Origin: Octopus sinensis
Taxonomy: Eukaryota
DNA length: 64,000 nt
Reading direction: 5' to 3'
Assembly: GCF_006345805.1 (NCBI RefSeq)
Contig: NC_043000.1
Span: 104,098,001 to 104,162,000, forward strand
The position numbers and the translations under genes are program-made. Under the pieces are notes generated by a model. It ran no database searches. It was not told where the DNA came from and saw only the letters and a program-made list of their open reading frames with translations. Below, piece after piece: positions 43,181-54,052 of this stretch (the stretch's first letter is position 1; the number at the start of each line of letters is the position of its first letter).

Positions 43181-44014
43181 GAATTGTTGTCAATAATATT
43201 AATACGCTAACTTTTTGTTTTTGTACGTACCTGTTGTGTGTGTCACACTTCTTTGAAGTGGCAAAGCAAGAGTGAAAGAGACTGAGTGGTGACGGCATTC
43301 ATTTTGTGTTTTTAAATGTTTCAGAGAGGATGTAAGAGAGAAAGAAAGAGAGTGGGTGAGAGAGAAATAGAGACAGTGAGTGGTGATGGCGTTCGTTTTG
43401 TATTTTTAAATGTTTCAGAGAGAAAGAAAGAAAAGGAGAGAGTGAAAGACACGGTGAGTGATGACGGCATTCATTTTGAGCTTTTAAATGTTTATCACAT
43501 CACAAGAGAAGTAGATACATAGATACATTGTTAAATCAAAAGCAGGAGAGAAGAGGGACACAAAGGAAGCGAAAGAGAAAGACAGAAAGTGAGAGAAACA
43601 GTAGATACATAAATCCAAAGAAAAATTCATACATAGACACAGCAAATACTGGCTGTCAATTTTACTTTTCATAACCATACGGGGATAACATTAACTCACA
43701 AATGGCTGAGTACTCCACAGACATGCATAACATTAACGTAGTTCTCAGGAGATTCTGCCTCACACAAAATATGACAAGGCTGACCCCTTTGAATTACAGC
43801 TACAACTCGAGACATATATATATATATGAATGTATTTGTGTGTGTGTGTATAGTATTGATTAGTTAAAACATGTTTGCAATAATAAGTCGCGTAGTGGAA
43901 ATAAATGTAGTTACCAAACTTTCATTCATAAATCCATTTATTATTTCGTTCTTTTGCATTTCAATTTGTACCCAGAAATTTTCAACAACTACATGCCAGA
44001 AGAAATGGAAAAAT

Positions 44015-44610
44015 GAGTAATTTTATCTCCTAAAAATTCTGACTGTCTTGCAATAAAAAAAGTTCTTAACATTATACCAGAGGCACTTACAACATACTTA
44101 AGCACAGATTCAGTGTCCTGCAATAATGGAGAGGAGGTTCCTGTATGCCTCCTCATTGCCTCAACTTAAAAGCAGGGGCTATTGTATTGCTGCTAAAAAA
44201 TCTTTCACTCAGTCAGGTATTATGTAATGGAACTCGCATGAAAGTGCAAAAACTTCATGAACATTGTGTAGAGGGATCATTGGTAACAGGCTCCAACAGA
44301 GGTTGTATAGTTCTAATTCCCAGAATTCAACTTAGCCCAAGTGATGCATATATTCCATTCTCATTAAACAGACTTCAGTTTCCACTTCCACTTGCATATT
44401 TAATGACAATCAATAAGGCTCAAGGGCAAACATTTGAAAAAGTTGGAATACATTTGCCTCAACCGGTATTTTCTCATGGCCACTTATATGTCACATTTTC
44501 AAGAGCACGAGCTATGAGCTATGAGCAATATCAAAGTAAGAGTTATGACACTCAATTGGGATAACAAACAAGGCCAAAAACGTGGTGTGACATACACACA
44601 AAATATTGTC
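44015..44610 (+). mobile_element. Helitron Pif1-like helicase C-terminal fragment
   Basis: Reads MPPHCLNLKAGAIVLLLKNL...LCNGTRM...LIPRIQL...RLQFPLPLAYLMTINKAQGQTFEKVGIHL...FSHGHLYVTFSRA (SF1B helicase motifs V/VI as in Helitron RepHel). Confidence 0.9.
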
Positions 44611-44809
44611 TACTATGAAGTACTGTGAGGAAGACTACTGCACCAGCTAGCATCACCACCACACCAGCTGCTCCATCATTACACAACCACATTACACCTT
44701 TAAGATTGAGGATCCAGTTAGGAGCCTACTGGATCTTTCTTGGCATACTAGCAAACCACAAAATCACACCAGCCAGCATCACCACTACCTCTAAGCCCAT
44801 CATATATAT

Positions 44810-45045
44810 GTATGTGTGTGTGTGTTTGTGTTTGTTTCTGCGTTTGTCCCTTCACCACCATTGCTTGACAACCGATGTTGGTGCATTTGCATCCCTGTAA
44901 TTTAGCTGTCAGCAGAAGAGACTGATAGAATAAGCACCAGGCTTACAGGGAATAAATCCAGGGGTCAATTTCTTCTACTAAAGGGTAGTGCTCCAGCATG
45001 GCCACCGTGAAATGACTGAATCAAGTAAAAGAATAAAAGAATACC
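44810..45045 (+). mobile_element. SINE family A, 3' half
   Basis: Matches about 46905-47120. Confidence 0.75.
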
Positions 45046-46336
45046 AGAAAAACGTTCCATACCACCAAACCAAGAAGGTTCTTTGAATATGTACGATGTA
45101 TTTTAAGGTTAAATAGTAATTCTGTTTACGTTTGTGTAACTGAGATATTTTGGTTGGATTATATAGACATTGGTCTTACATTACTTTCTATATTCTGTAA
45201 CTGTCACAATATACTTTTCTGGCCTGAAATCTTTGCCTTTCATCATTGTGGGGTCATTAAAATGGAGTACCAGTTATGTACTGGAGTGGCTGACATCAAC
45301 TGAAATTCTCTCATCAAAATTGCTGGCCTTGTGCATAAATCAGAAACCATCATTTAGACATAATTAAACACATGAGAATACTTTTTGATTATCATTCTAC
45401 CAATTCTGACATCCACTACAATCCATTTGTAATATATAAAATGCTTGACAAAACAGCTCCAGGCAATTTTGTCAAGTTAATCTGAGTTTATTGTTCATTA
45501 AAACGACAATGAGATCTAAACTCATGAAGGACTACGAATAATGTCTTTCATTGAAACAACGGTAAAAATTTGGGGGCAAGAATACTGTTGATTGTATCAA
45601 CCCCAACACTTGACAGCTTTCTTTTACTAATAGTAAATTTCATCAAACGACTGATAAAATGGGTCAGGCTTTTTTGCCTTGTTTTGGATGAACATGTTAT
45701 GATTTTTTTTAAAGTAGTAACATTTCCCCTCGCATCAATGGATAAAGAGGAGAAACATGCTTTAAAAAAAGGTTCAATAACGCAAACGTGTTATTCAAGG
45801 GACATTACTCTAAATAAATTTTCTTATTTTCGACGGTATTTTGAAGTTACCTCCCTTAGTGTTTTTTTTTTATACGTAACAAATTGTCAGACATTTGTGT
45901 ATGATGTAAAGCGTTATGTTGTTAGAGCAATAGACACATTTTTTATAGCCTTTTGTGTATTATTAGGAAAATCCAGCTGAATACGATTTTAATCTTTACT
46001 AAATCGTTAAATTAGAGGACCATCTAAATACTGAGAGACATAACAGTCTATACGTTTTCCCGCCCAAATGTGTGGTCTTGTGTCTTCGTTACAAATAAAT
46101 GTATGTAAAACATTAAGAAGCGCCAACGAACCTTTCTTGCACCTGGTTTTAATTTATTTCAACCATGTTTCTTATATCTTGGTTTTTGACTAATATCATG
46201 TGATTGAAATTTGGTAGACACTGTCTGTCCGTCAGCCTGCCTGTTTGTCTGTCTGTCCGTCAGCCTGCCTGTTTGTCTGTCTGTCTATTCGTCTATTTGA
46301 GTATTTGATATGAAAATCAGTCTCTCCAGCGCGAAT

Positions 46337-46612
46337 ATATGATTTGGCACCAACAGATTTCCACCACTTTCGATCTCTTTCAAATGCTATGCACGGAATT
46401 TCATTCAATACTGATGCAGAATTGAGAGCTTGGTAGGATCAATTTTTCGAGTCGAAATCAGGTGATTTCTACCAATGAAGTATTGAAAATCTTGTTGAAC
46501 GTTGGGAAGAAGTTGTAAACAACAAGGGTGAATACATTATTGATTAATTAGTTGTTAATTTTTATTAAACCTTTTAAAAATAAAACGGCAGGAACTTAGT
46601 AGCCAACCCAAT
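46337..46612 (+). mobile_element. mariner transposase 3' fragment with probable right end
   Basis: Reads DLAPTDFHHFRSLSNAMHG...LVERWEEVVNNKGEYIID*, the mariner C-terminus. Confidence 0.85.
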
Positions 46613-46721
46613 TGTAAATGCATTTTTATTCAAAATTCTTACTATTTTAATAATAATGAAACCACGTTTCATTTATGTCTTAGTAAATAATAATAAAAAA
46701 CCAAGAATAAATGATAAACAT

Positions 46722-47120
46722 AGGCGCAGGAGTGGCTGTGTGGTAAGTAGCTTGCTTACCACCACATGGTTTCGGGTTCAGTCCCACTGCGTGGCACCTT
46801 GGGCAAGTGTCTTTTACTATAGCCTCAAGCTGACCAAAGCCTTGTGAGTGGATTTGGTAGACGGAAACTGAAAGAAACTTGCCGTATATGTGTGTGTGTG
46901 TGTGTGTATGTCTGTGTATCTGTGTTAGTCCCTCCCATCATCGCTTGACAACCGATGTTGGTGTATTTACATCCCTGTAACTTAGCGGTTAGGCAAAAGA
47001 AACCAATAGTATAAGTATTAGGCTTACAAAGACTAAGTCCTAGGGTCGATTTGTTTGACTAAAGGCAGTGATCCTGTATGGCCGCAGTCAAGTGACTGAA
47101 ACAAATAAAAGAATAGAAGA
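46722..47120 (+). mobile_element. Full-length tRNA-derived SINE family A
   Basis: A-box-like TGGCTGTGTGG, B-box-like GGTTCAGTCC, core GGCACCTTGGGCAAGTGTCTT, internal (TG)n, AAAAGAATA tail. Confidence 0.85.
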
Positions 47121-47129
47121 ATATGATAA

Positions 47130-47352
47130 TTAAAATAGATGCATTGATCACACAAGTTTGACATATGCGATTTTTGCAAACATAAAGATGGCAAAATTTC
47201 ACCATTTTTCCCTTGTTTTGAACTGCCTTCATTTCTCCACCACAACGATGACATGGTGCAACATTTTGTTCATCATTTAAAATACCATTTCTTCGTAAAA
47301 CTGCAACTGTCTTCGTCTTGTTGCTGATCACATTGTAAACATATTTAGTCAA
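47130..47352 (-). mobile_element. Possible Merlin/IS1595-like transposase N-terminal zinc-ribbon fragment
   Basis: Reads LRRNGIL...PCHRCGGEMK...YVCKNRICQT. Resemblance only. Confidence 0.35.
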
Positions 47353-47431
47353 TATTAAGGGTATTTAGAAATTGAAAAGTAAACTAAAAAGTAATCTAAA
47401 GTTTAAATTGTTGATCACACACCAAAGTAGT

Positions 47432-47620
47432 ACCCATTTTTGTGAATGGAACAAGGTTAGAAGTCATTGACACCTTTGTTTGCCTTGGAATTACACTGTC
47501 AAGAGATGGTGGTCTTGATGCAGAGATATACTATAGTTGCAACATCTGAGAGGAAAAGATGATTCAGCACTGAGCTTAAAAGAGTGTGTCACAAAGGAAC
47601 AATTGGAATGTAAGTCAACA
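47432..47620 (+). mobile_element. RTE-type LINE RT remnant
   Basis: Reads PIFVNGTRLEVIDTFVCLGITLSRDGGLDAEI. Confidence 0.7.
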
Positions 47621-47683
47621 GTGAATATGTATTATGTGTGATCATGTTCTGTTGTCAAAAGCAGTATACATGAATCATATTAA

Positions 47684-47904
47684 CCTTTTCGTTACTGTAT
47701 TTATTTTGAGATACTCTGTGTTTCTCGCAATTATTTTAGATATAACAAAGAATTTAGTAAAATAACTTAGTTATCATTCAGCAAATGTTAGGAACATTAA
47801 TTGTGACTAAGTTTTGGTGAAAGATTTTAATACAGAACTTATAAAAACAAGACATTTGTACTACAGAGCCAGAGCCGGTTTCAGCCGGGTTGGTAACAAA
47901 AGGG
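47684..47904. mobile_element. piggyBac-type MITE
   Basis: TTAA|CCTTTTCGTTAC ... GTAACAAAAGGG|TTAA: imperfect terminal inverted repeats flanked by TTAA. Confidence 0.8.
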
Positions 47905-48905
47905 TTAAATCCCATGAAAATTGAAATACCCAGGTAGGTAATAATCTTGAACACCAACCGCCTCTTATGACTTGTGTCACGTCACAAAACTTGTAAGACA
48001 ATATCTGGAATAAAAGACATATGCTACTTCACAAAAACATTCCTTCAGAATCAGATTCCAAAGGACAAAGACATAGAAGAAACTTGAATAATATCTGTCA
48101 CTTGTGTTTTAAACCTTGTCAATCAGTAGTTGGTGTTAAAAGTCATCTGAGTGCTCATCAATAGAGGGATTGTGTTGTGTAATGGTGTGTGGTGTGTGTG
48201 TGTGTTGATGGAACAGTTATCATCTGTCAATATGAAGCAATCATCAAGTATGTATGGCAATGCAAACAGGAAAAAACAGAACTCAAAATATGAATATATG
48301 TATATGTTTATTCATTTTTAACATGCAACATAGTTGCCAAGAGTTTCGTTTGTGGGGACAGACTGCTAGAATACACTTAAATATGGAATCTGGAAAAGTA
48401 CAGGACAAGAAGAAAAAATAGTGAATCAAATAGTTTGTGCATCTTTTTGTTTTTTACTACAATTTTAAAAATTCAAGTTACTATTTTTTATTTAAAAATT
48501 TCTGTCCTAAGCTAAAAGAGTTCTGTCTTATTTTAGTATTATACAATTTTTTAATTTCATTTTCTTAACAAAACTCATTATCCAAGAATTTCAAATCACA
48601 GATATGTTAAAATTAAGGTCATGTAGAATGTATATCATTCAAAAATAAGAGTAAAAACTAGTAAAAACAAAACATTTTTTAAAGAAACGGAAGAATTAGT
48701 TTCATTAATGTTTGCATTATCAGATAACAAAGTATTTTCTATTTCAAGTCGGAAGAAAATCAAAAAAAAAAATTCATTCAATTTCATTGACAACTAAGTT
48801 AATGATAAAGCTTGCGATTGACTAAAATTTAACCTTAAGAACATATTCACCCACTGCCTTGGGTGAATGATATATATATGCATATATATATATATATACA
48901 CATAC

Positions 48906-48971
<66 letters not shown>

Positions 48972-49040
48972 GTAGGTCCCGGGTTGAGTCGGGGTTAACC
49001 ACAGTAAATAAGGTACTCAATACATAGCAGAGTAAATTAA

Positions 49041-49435
49041 TTTATTATATAGAAGGAGCTTCTACAGGACTAGAACTGTTTCATTCAAAAGAAATCATCA
49101 GGAAGCTAGTAGACAAGAGTTGTTTTGGCATTTATACATTTAGGCAGATTTAAATGGGTGGTGGTGGGGGACTTTTTTGGGGGTAGGCATGGCGCAAAAC
49201 TGTCATTATTAGGGGAGTGGTCAAAGGAATCGGTGGTAACCACCGATTCCTTTGACCACTCCCCTAATAATGACAGTTTTGCGCCATGCCTACCCCCAAA
49301 AAAGTCCCCCACCACCACCCATTTAAATCTGCCTAAATGTATAAATGCCAAAACAACTCTTGTCTACTAGCTTCCTGATGATTTCTTTTGAATGAAACAG
49401 TTCTAGTCCTGTAGAAGCTCCTTCTATATAATAAA
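49041..49435. mobile_element. Perfect 395-bp palindrome (197-bp arms, 1-nt centre at 49238) with type-I hammerhead motifs; Penelope-like pLTR inversion
   Basis: Arms are exact reverse complements; the two 81-aa ORFs in the track are identical. Hammerhead at 49369-49419(+) and 49057-49107(-). Confidence 0.85.
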
Positions 49436-49455
49436 ATATATATATATATATATAT

Positions 49456-50074
49456 ATATTGTTATATTTCGGAATGGTCATATTGCCAGTTTAGCCAATA
49501 AAAACACACGCACTATATATTTGGTGTTATTTTGCTTCAGTGATATTTATTTTTTACATTAATCTTAATCTTATTTTGGCCAAAGTTCTTTCGTCACACT
49601 CCTGTGACCGCATCAGTGGTCCTTTGTTTTCTTCTCACTTATTTACAAGCATATGTAATGATAATAATGGGTGGATGTAAACACATGAACAAAATTAGAA
49701 CAAAAGCAACAACAAAAACAAAATACAAATTACAAGAATGTATATAAACAGAAGATACAAATATTACAGGCATCCCCCACACACACACACTAAATAAACA
49801 TAGACGCACATAGAGATATAAGCATGCGCAAATGAAGACATGCAATAGAAATACAAAATGGCTGGCGGTTAGTAAGGAGAGACACAAATAAGTGAGAAGA
49901 AAACAAAGGACCACTGATGCGGTCACAGGAGTGTGACGAAAGAACTTTGGCCGAAATCAGATTAAGATTAATGTAAAAAATAAATATCACTGAAGCAAAA
50001 TAACACCAAATATATAGTGCGTGTGTTTTTATTGGCTAAACTGGCAATATGACCATTCCGAAATATAACAATAT
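49456..50074. mobile_element. Inverted-repeat element, 189-bp arms with 241-bp spacer and a hammerhead-like motif
   Basis: Arms 49456-49644 and 49886-50074; two mismatches seen. Confidence 0.8.
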
Positions 50075-50127
50075 CTGTTTCAACACACGACTTCACATAA
50101 AAAATCTTGCACAACAAATATTTAAAC

Positions 50128-50170
<43 letters not shown>

Positions 50171-50189
50171 TATATACATATATATAAAT

Positions 50190-50440
50190 GAGCGAAAAAC
50201 CACTATTATGCAATTTAAACAATGGTAGACATAAAGCAAATCATAAATAAAAAATAAAATATATTTTTAAAGCATATAACTAGATTACAAAGAGTATAAA
50301 AATGAATAATCAATATATAACATATAATATTGATTATTCATTTTTATACTAGTTATATGTTTTGAAAAATATTTTTTATTTTTTATTTATTATTTGGTTT
50401 GTGTCTGTATTGTTTGAATTGCATAATAGTGTTTTTTCTC
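50190..50440. repeat. Diverged AT-rich foldback (MITE-like)
   Basis: CACTATTATGCAATT...AATTGCATAATAGTG outer arms and a perfect 24-bp inner stem AGTATAAAAATGAATAATCAATAT. Confidence 0.7.
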
Positions 50441-50509
50441 TAATTTATATATTATATATTTGTATTGTGAAATTTGATTTAACACTAAATTGAATTTTTC
50501 TCTGTAAGT

Positions 50510-50870
50510 TTGGAGTTATACTCCCTAATATACTCCTGGAGAAGTTTGTTGCTGGAAGGCCATATGGGTGGCAGTAGGGTTTGGCTCCTTGTCATATCTT
50601 TAGAAAGCATTAGAAATGATTATTGGAGGATTTCTACGACTTCACCAGACCTTATTTCTGGCCTCCTAATTCCCCTGATAGTAATCCCATAGAAGTTTCT
50701 ATGTAGGGTGCAATTGAGAAAAACACCCAACTGCTCTTCCTGCAACACCAAGGCCAAGCTCAAGAAGGTGGTAGATGTTCACAAGGACAGAGTGAGGAAA
50801 GTAGGCACCATGTTCCAGAACCATCTTATGGCTGAGTTGGAAGCTAAGAGCAGCTGTAATCTCTCTAGTT
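50510..50870 (+). mobile_element. Tc1/mariner-superfamily transposase remnant (same family as 17480-17860)
   Basis: Reads GRPYGWQ*GLAPCH...FWPPNSPDSNPI. Confidence 0.75.
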
Positions 50871-50988
50871 AATAATCTTTGATTTTTTAAAAATACTTTT
50901 ACATTTGGATGGGATTTTGCCTATTTTTTTTTAATACAAACAGTCAAATTCAGCTCGAACACTTTTATATGTATGTTTATATATATAT

Positions 50989-51330
50989 GAGCACATGGCT
51001 CAGTGGTTAGAGCGTCGAGCTTACGATCGTGAGGTTGTGAGCTCGAATCCCGGACCGGGCTGCGTGTTGTGTTTTCGAGCAAGGCACTTTATTTCACGTT
51101 GCTCCAGTTCACTCAGCTGTAGAAATGAGTTGCGACGTCACTGGTGCCAAGCTGTATCGGGCCCTTTGCCTTTCCCTTGGATAACACTGGTGACGTGGAG
51201 AGGGGAGGCTGGTATGCATGGGCGACTGCTGGCCTTCCATAAACAACCTTGCCCGGACTTGTGTCTAGGAGGGTAACTTTTTAGGTGCAATCCCATGGTC
51301 ATTCATGACCGAAGGGGGTCTTTACCCTTT
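50989..51330 (+). mobile_element. tRNA-derived SINE family C
   Basis: tRNA-like head (TGGCTCAGTGG A box, GCTCGAATCC B-box-like) fused to non-tRNA body GAGCAAGGCACTTTATTTCACG... Confidence 0.8.
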
Positions 51331-52595
51331 ATATGCTACACTATGTGTACGTTTATATGCTATCTTAGTGCATGTGTGTGTGCACGCGCGAGTGTGTGCG
51401 TGCGCGTGTACACATATAGGTATATCGAATAAAGTATACACACACTCAGACATACTACGCGCGCGCGCATACACACGCGAATATTTCAACTTTATTCTTA
51501 GTATGTACAAAGGCGGCCAGCTGGCAGAGTCGTTAGCACACCGAACAAAATTCTCAGCAGTATTTCTTCCAGCTGAGAGTGACTTTGCTTTTCGTCCTTT
51601 TGATGGATGTCCATAAAATAAATACCAATCGAGTACTGAGGCTGACGTAATCGACTTACCCACTCCCCAAAAAGAAAACGTTTCTTCGTGTGCATACACA
51701 CATGATCTAGTTACCTCCCTTTATTACTTCCTCCTAGAATGATCTACCCTGGTTCATACTTTTACAAGAAACGTGCCAGCTAACTGCTCAAGTACGAACA
51801 CACGCAACATGAAACTTGTGCTAACTAACCATCGTTTTATATTTTCTTTTGCTGGAGTATGTTTCCATCCCAAAATAATAAACTATCGAAACAAGTGATA
51901 TATCTGTGTAAAAACTTGTTTTCAAACAGTTTGTGTTCATTTTGACTACATCAAATCACCTATACACTGATTCTGATAACGGGTACTATTTTTCCCGCTC
52001 ATTTTACTACCGTTGTGTAATATGACTCTATATTGAGTGCGTGCACACCTGCGTAGTGTATGCATGCGCATATGCGCGCGCTTTTTTGCATATACGCGCG
52101 CTTTTTTTTACATACTTGAAGAAAGACTTCCATACCATTCTATCAAACTCACCCGTTTAACTTGTGTTATGTAATTTTTTACACTTTTCTTTGACTTTCC
52201 TTCTATTTTTCTTTTTTACCTCCTAACTTGTTTCAGTCATTCGACTGCGGCCATCTTAAGATACTGCCCTGAAGGGTTTCACCGAACAAATCTACTTACC
52301 TTTTTAAAGCCTGATACTTACTCGACTAGTCTCCGTTTTTCTGAAACGCTAGTTCATGGGGACGTAAACAAAGTAACATCGGCTGTGAAGCGGTGGCTGG
52401 ATAAACACAAACGCAAATATACACACATACATACATATGCGCGTGTGTGTGTATATGTATATATATATATGGCCTACTCGCTTAGCCAGCGGGGTGGCGT
52501 CATTTGAAGGGCTAAAACAATGCGAAGCACATTGCGACCAGCGATGTGTAACAACATCTGATAGCCTGGTCGGTCACGGTGATCACGGTGATATA

Positions 52596-52677
<82 letters not shown>

Positions 52678-52768
52678 ACCTGTCTTCGTCTTTGTTTTGT
52701 GAATTCTCCCCTATATATATATGTGTATGTTTGTATATAAATTTAAATTTAAAATAATAATTTATATA

Positions 52769-53280
52769 CCGTAAATCCTCGAGTATAATCCGCATTTTTT
52801 CTCCAAAATTTAAAGGTCAAAATGCCTAGTGCGTACTATATACGAGGTTAAAAATGAAAAATATTTTTTAAGCAATGTCCAAGTCTCTATTTGCTGTCCG
52901 GCAATGTTTATTTAGACGCATTTTGTGATGTCGGGCACGAAAATACCTTACGCTAAGCCTGAAAGCAATGAAGTCATAAAAGAATCATCTATAACTTGCA
53001 ACATTTACTAAACGTTGTTACTGTTATTACTGATATTTCTTTATTTTCTGCAAACATAATGCACAAAAAAGCTACACGTTTGCTTTATGTTATCTATACA
53101 ATAATAATAAACGACGTTACCGTATACAGTTTTACAAATCAAGGACGTTATATAGACCTCCTTGACTCAAGTTAGAGAAGGGGTGCGTATTATACAGAAG
53201 GTTTAAGTTTTTCAGAGGTACAGTCCCCTAAAACTCCCCTGCGTGTTATACTCAAGGGCGAACTATACTCGAGGATTGAC

Positions 53281-53282
<2 letters not shown>
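52769..53282. mobile_element. Non-autonomous pogo/Tc2-like DNA transposon (MITE)
   Basis: TA|CCGTAAATCCTCGAGTATA ... TATACTCGAGGATTGACGG|TA: terminal inverted repeats with TA target. Confidence 0.8.
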
Positions 53283-53352
<70 letters not shown>

Positions 53353-53354
53353 CA

Positions 53355-53386
<32 letters not shown>

Positions 53387-53391
53387 CATAC

Positions 53392-53496
<105 letters not shown>

Positions 53497-53594
53497 AAAG
53501 TAAGTACTTAAATGCGAAGCAAGATGGGAAACATAGTACTTGAATACCAGAGGTAGAGTAATATGGTTTATTAAAAAGCAGCAAAAATATCACA

Positions 53595-53640
53595 AAAACT
53601 GTTACTCTGAGTTTCACGTTCCCGTTCGTCTGACAGTTTT
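53595..53640 (-). ncRNA. Type-I hammerhead-ribozyme motif (core CAGACGA)
   Basis: Minus strand reads AAAACTGT-CAGACGA-ACG-GGAA-CGT-GAAA-CTC-A-GAGT-A-ACAGTTTT: 8-bp stem I, GNRA-capped stem II, 4-bp stem III. Confidence 0.6.
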
Positions 53641-54012
53641 GTTTAGAAATGTGCTTGTGACATTTCAACTGCTAAAAGGCAAATTCTAAATAAAACTGCC
53701 CGACGAACGGGAACGTGAAAACAGTGGCGGACTGGGTCTTAAAATATTGGTTCCCAGGAGACTAAGGAGGTCCGCCCGCAACTTTATTTATTTATTTATT
53801 TATTTATTTATTATTATTTATTTTTTGTTAAAAGTATTCTTTTCAGTGGTCTACAAATACAGCCAAGCTGAAATAATGCATTCTTCCAGGGGTGAATAAA
53901 ATAGTCTCATACTTGAGGGAATGGTCCCCTTAGATACTAACATGCCCCCTACCCACCATATATGGATGGCACATGGGCCCACTTGCCATATCGTGCAAGC
54001 TGGCAACCCGAC

Positions 54013-54052
<40 letters not shown>

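Noticed and set aside
45570-45980. 136-aa plus-strand ORF
   Set aside because: TTG start, F/L/V-biased composition typical of AT-rich non-coding DNA, begins in a SINE remnant, no domain or splice support.
49106-49370. Two identical 81-aa ORFs on opposite strands
   Set aside because: A direct consequence of the perfect palindrome; no recognisable domain.
50989-51065. tRNA gene
   Set aside because: No complete cloverleaf or acceptor stem; continues into a SINE body.
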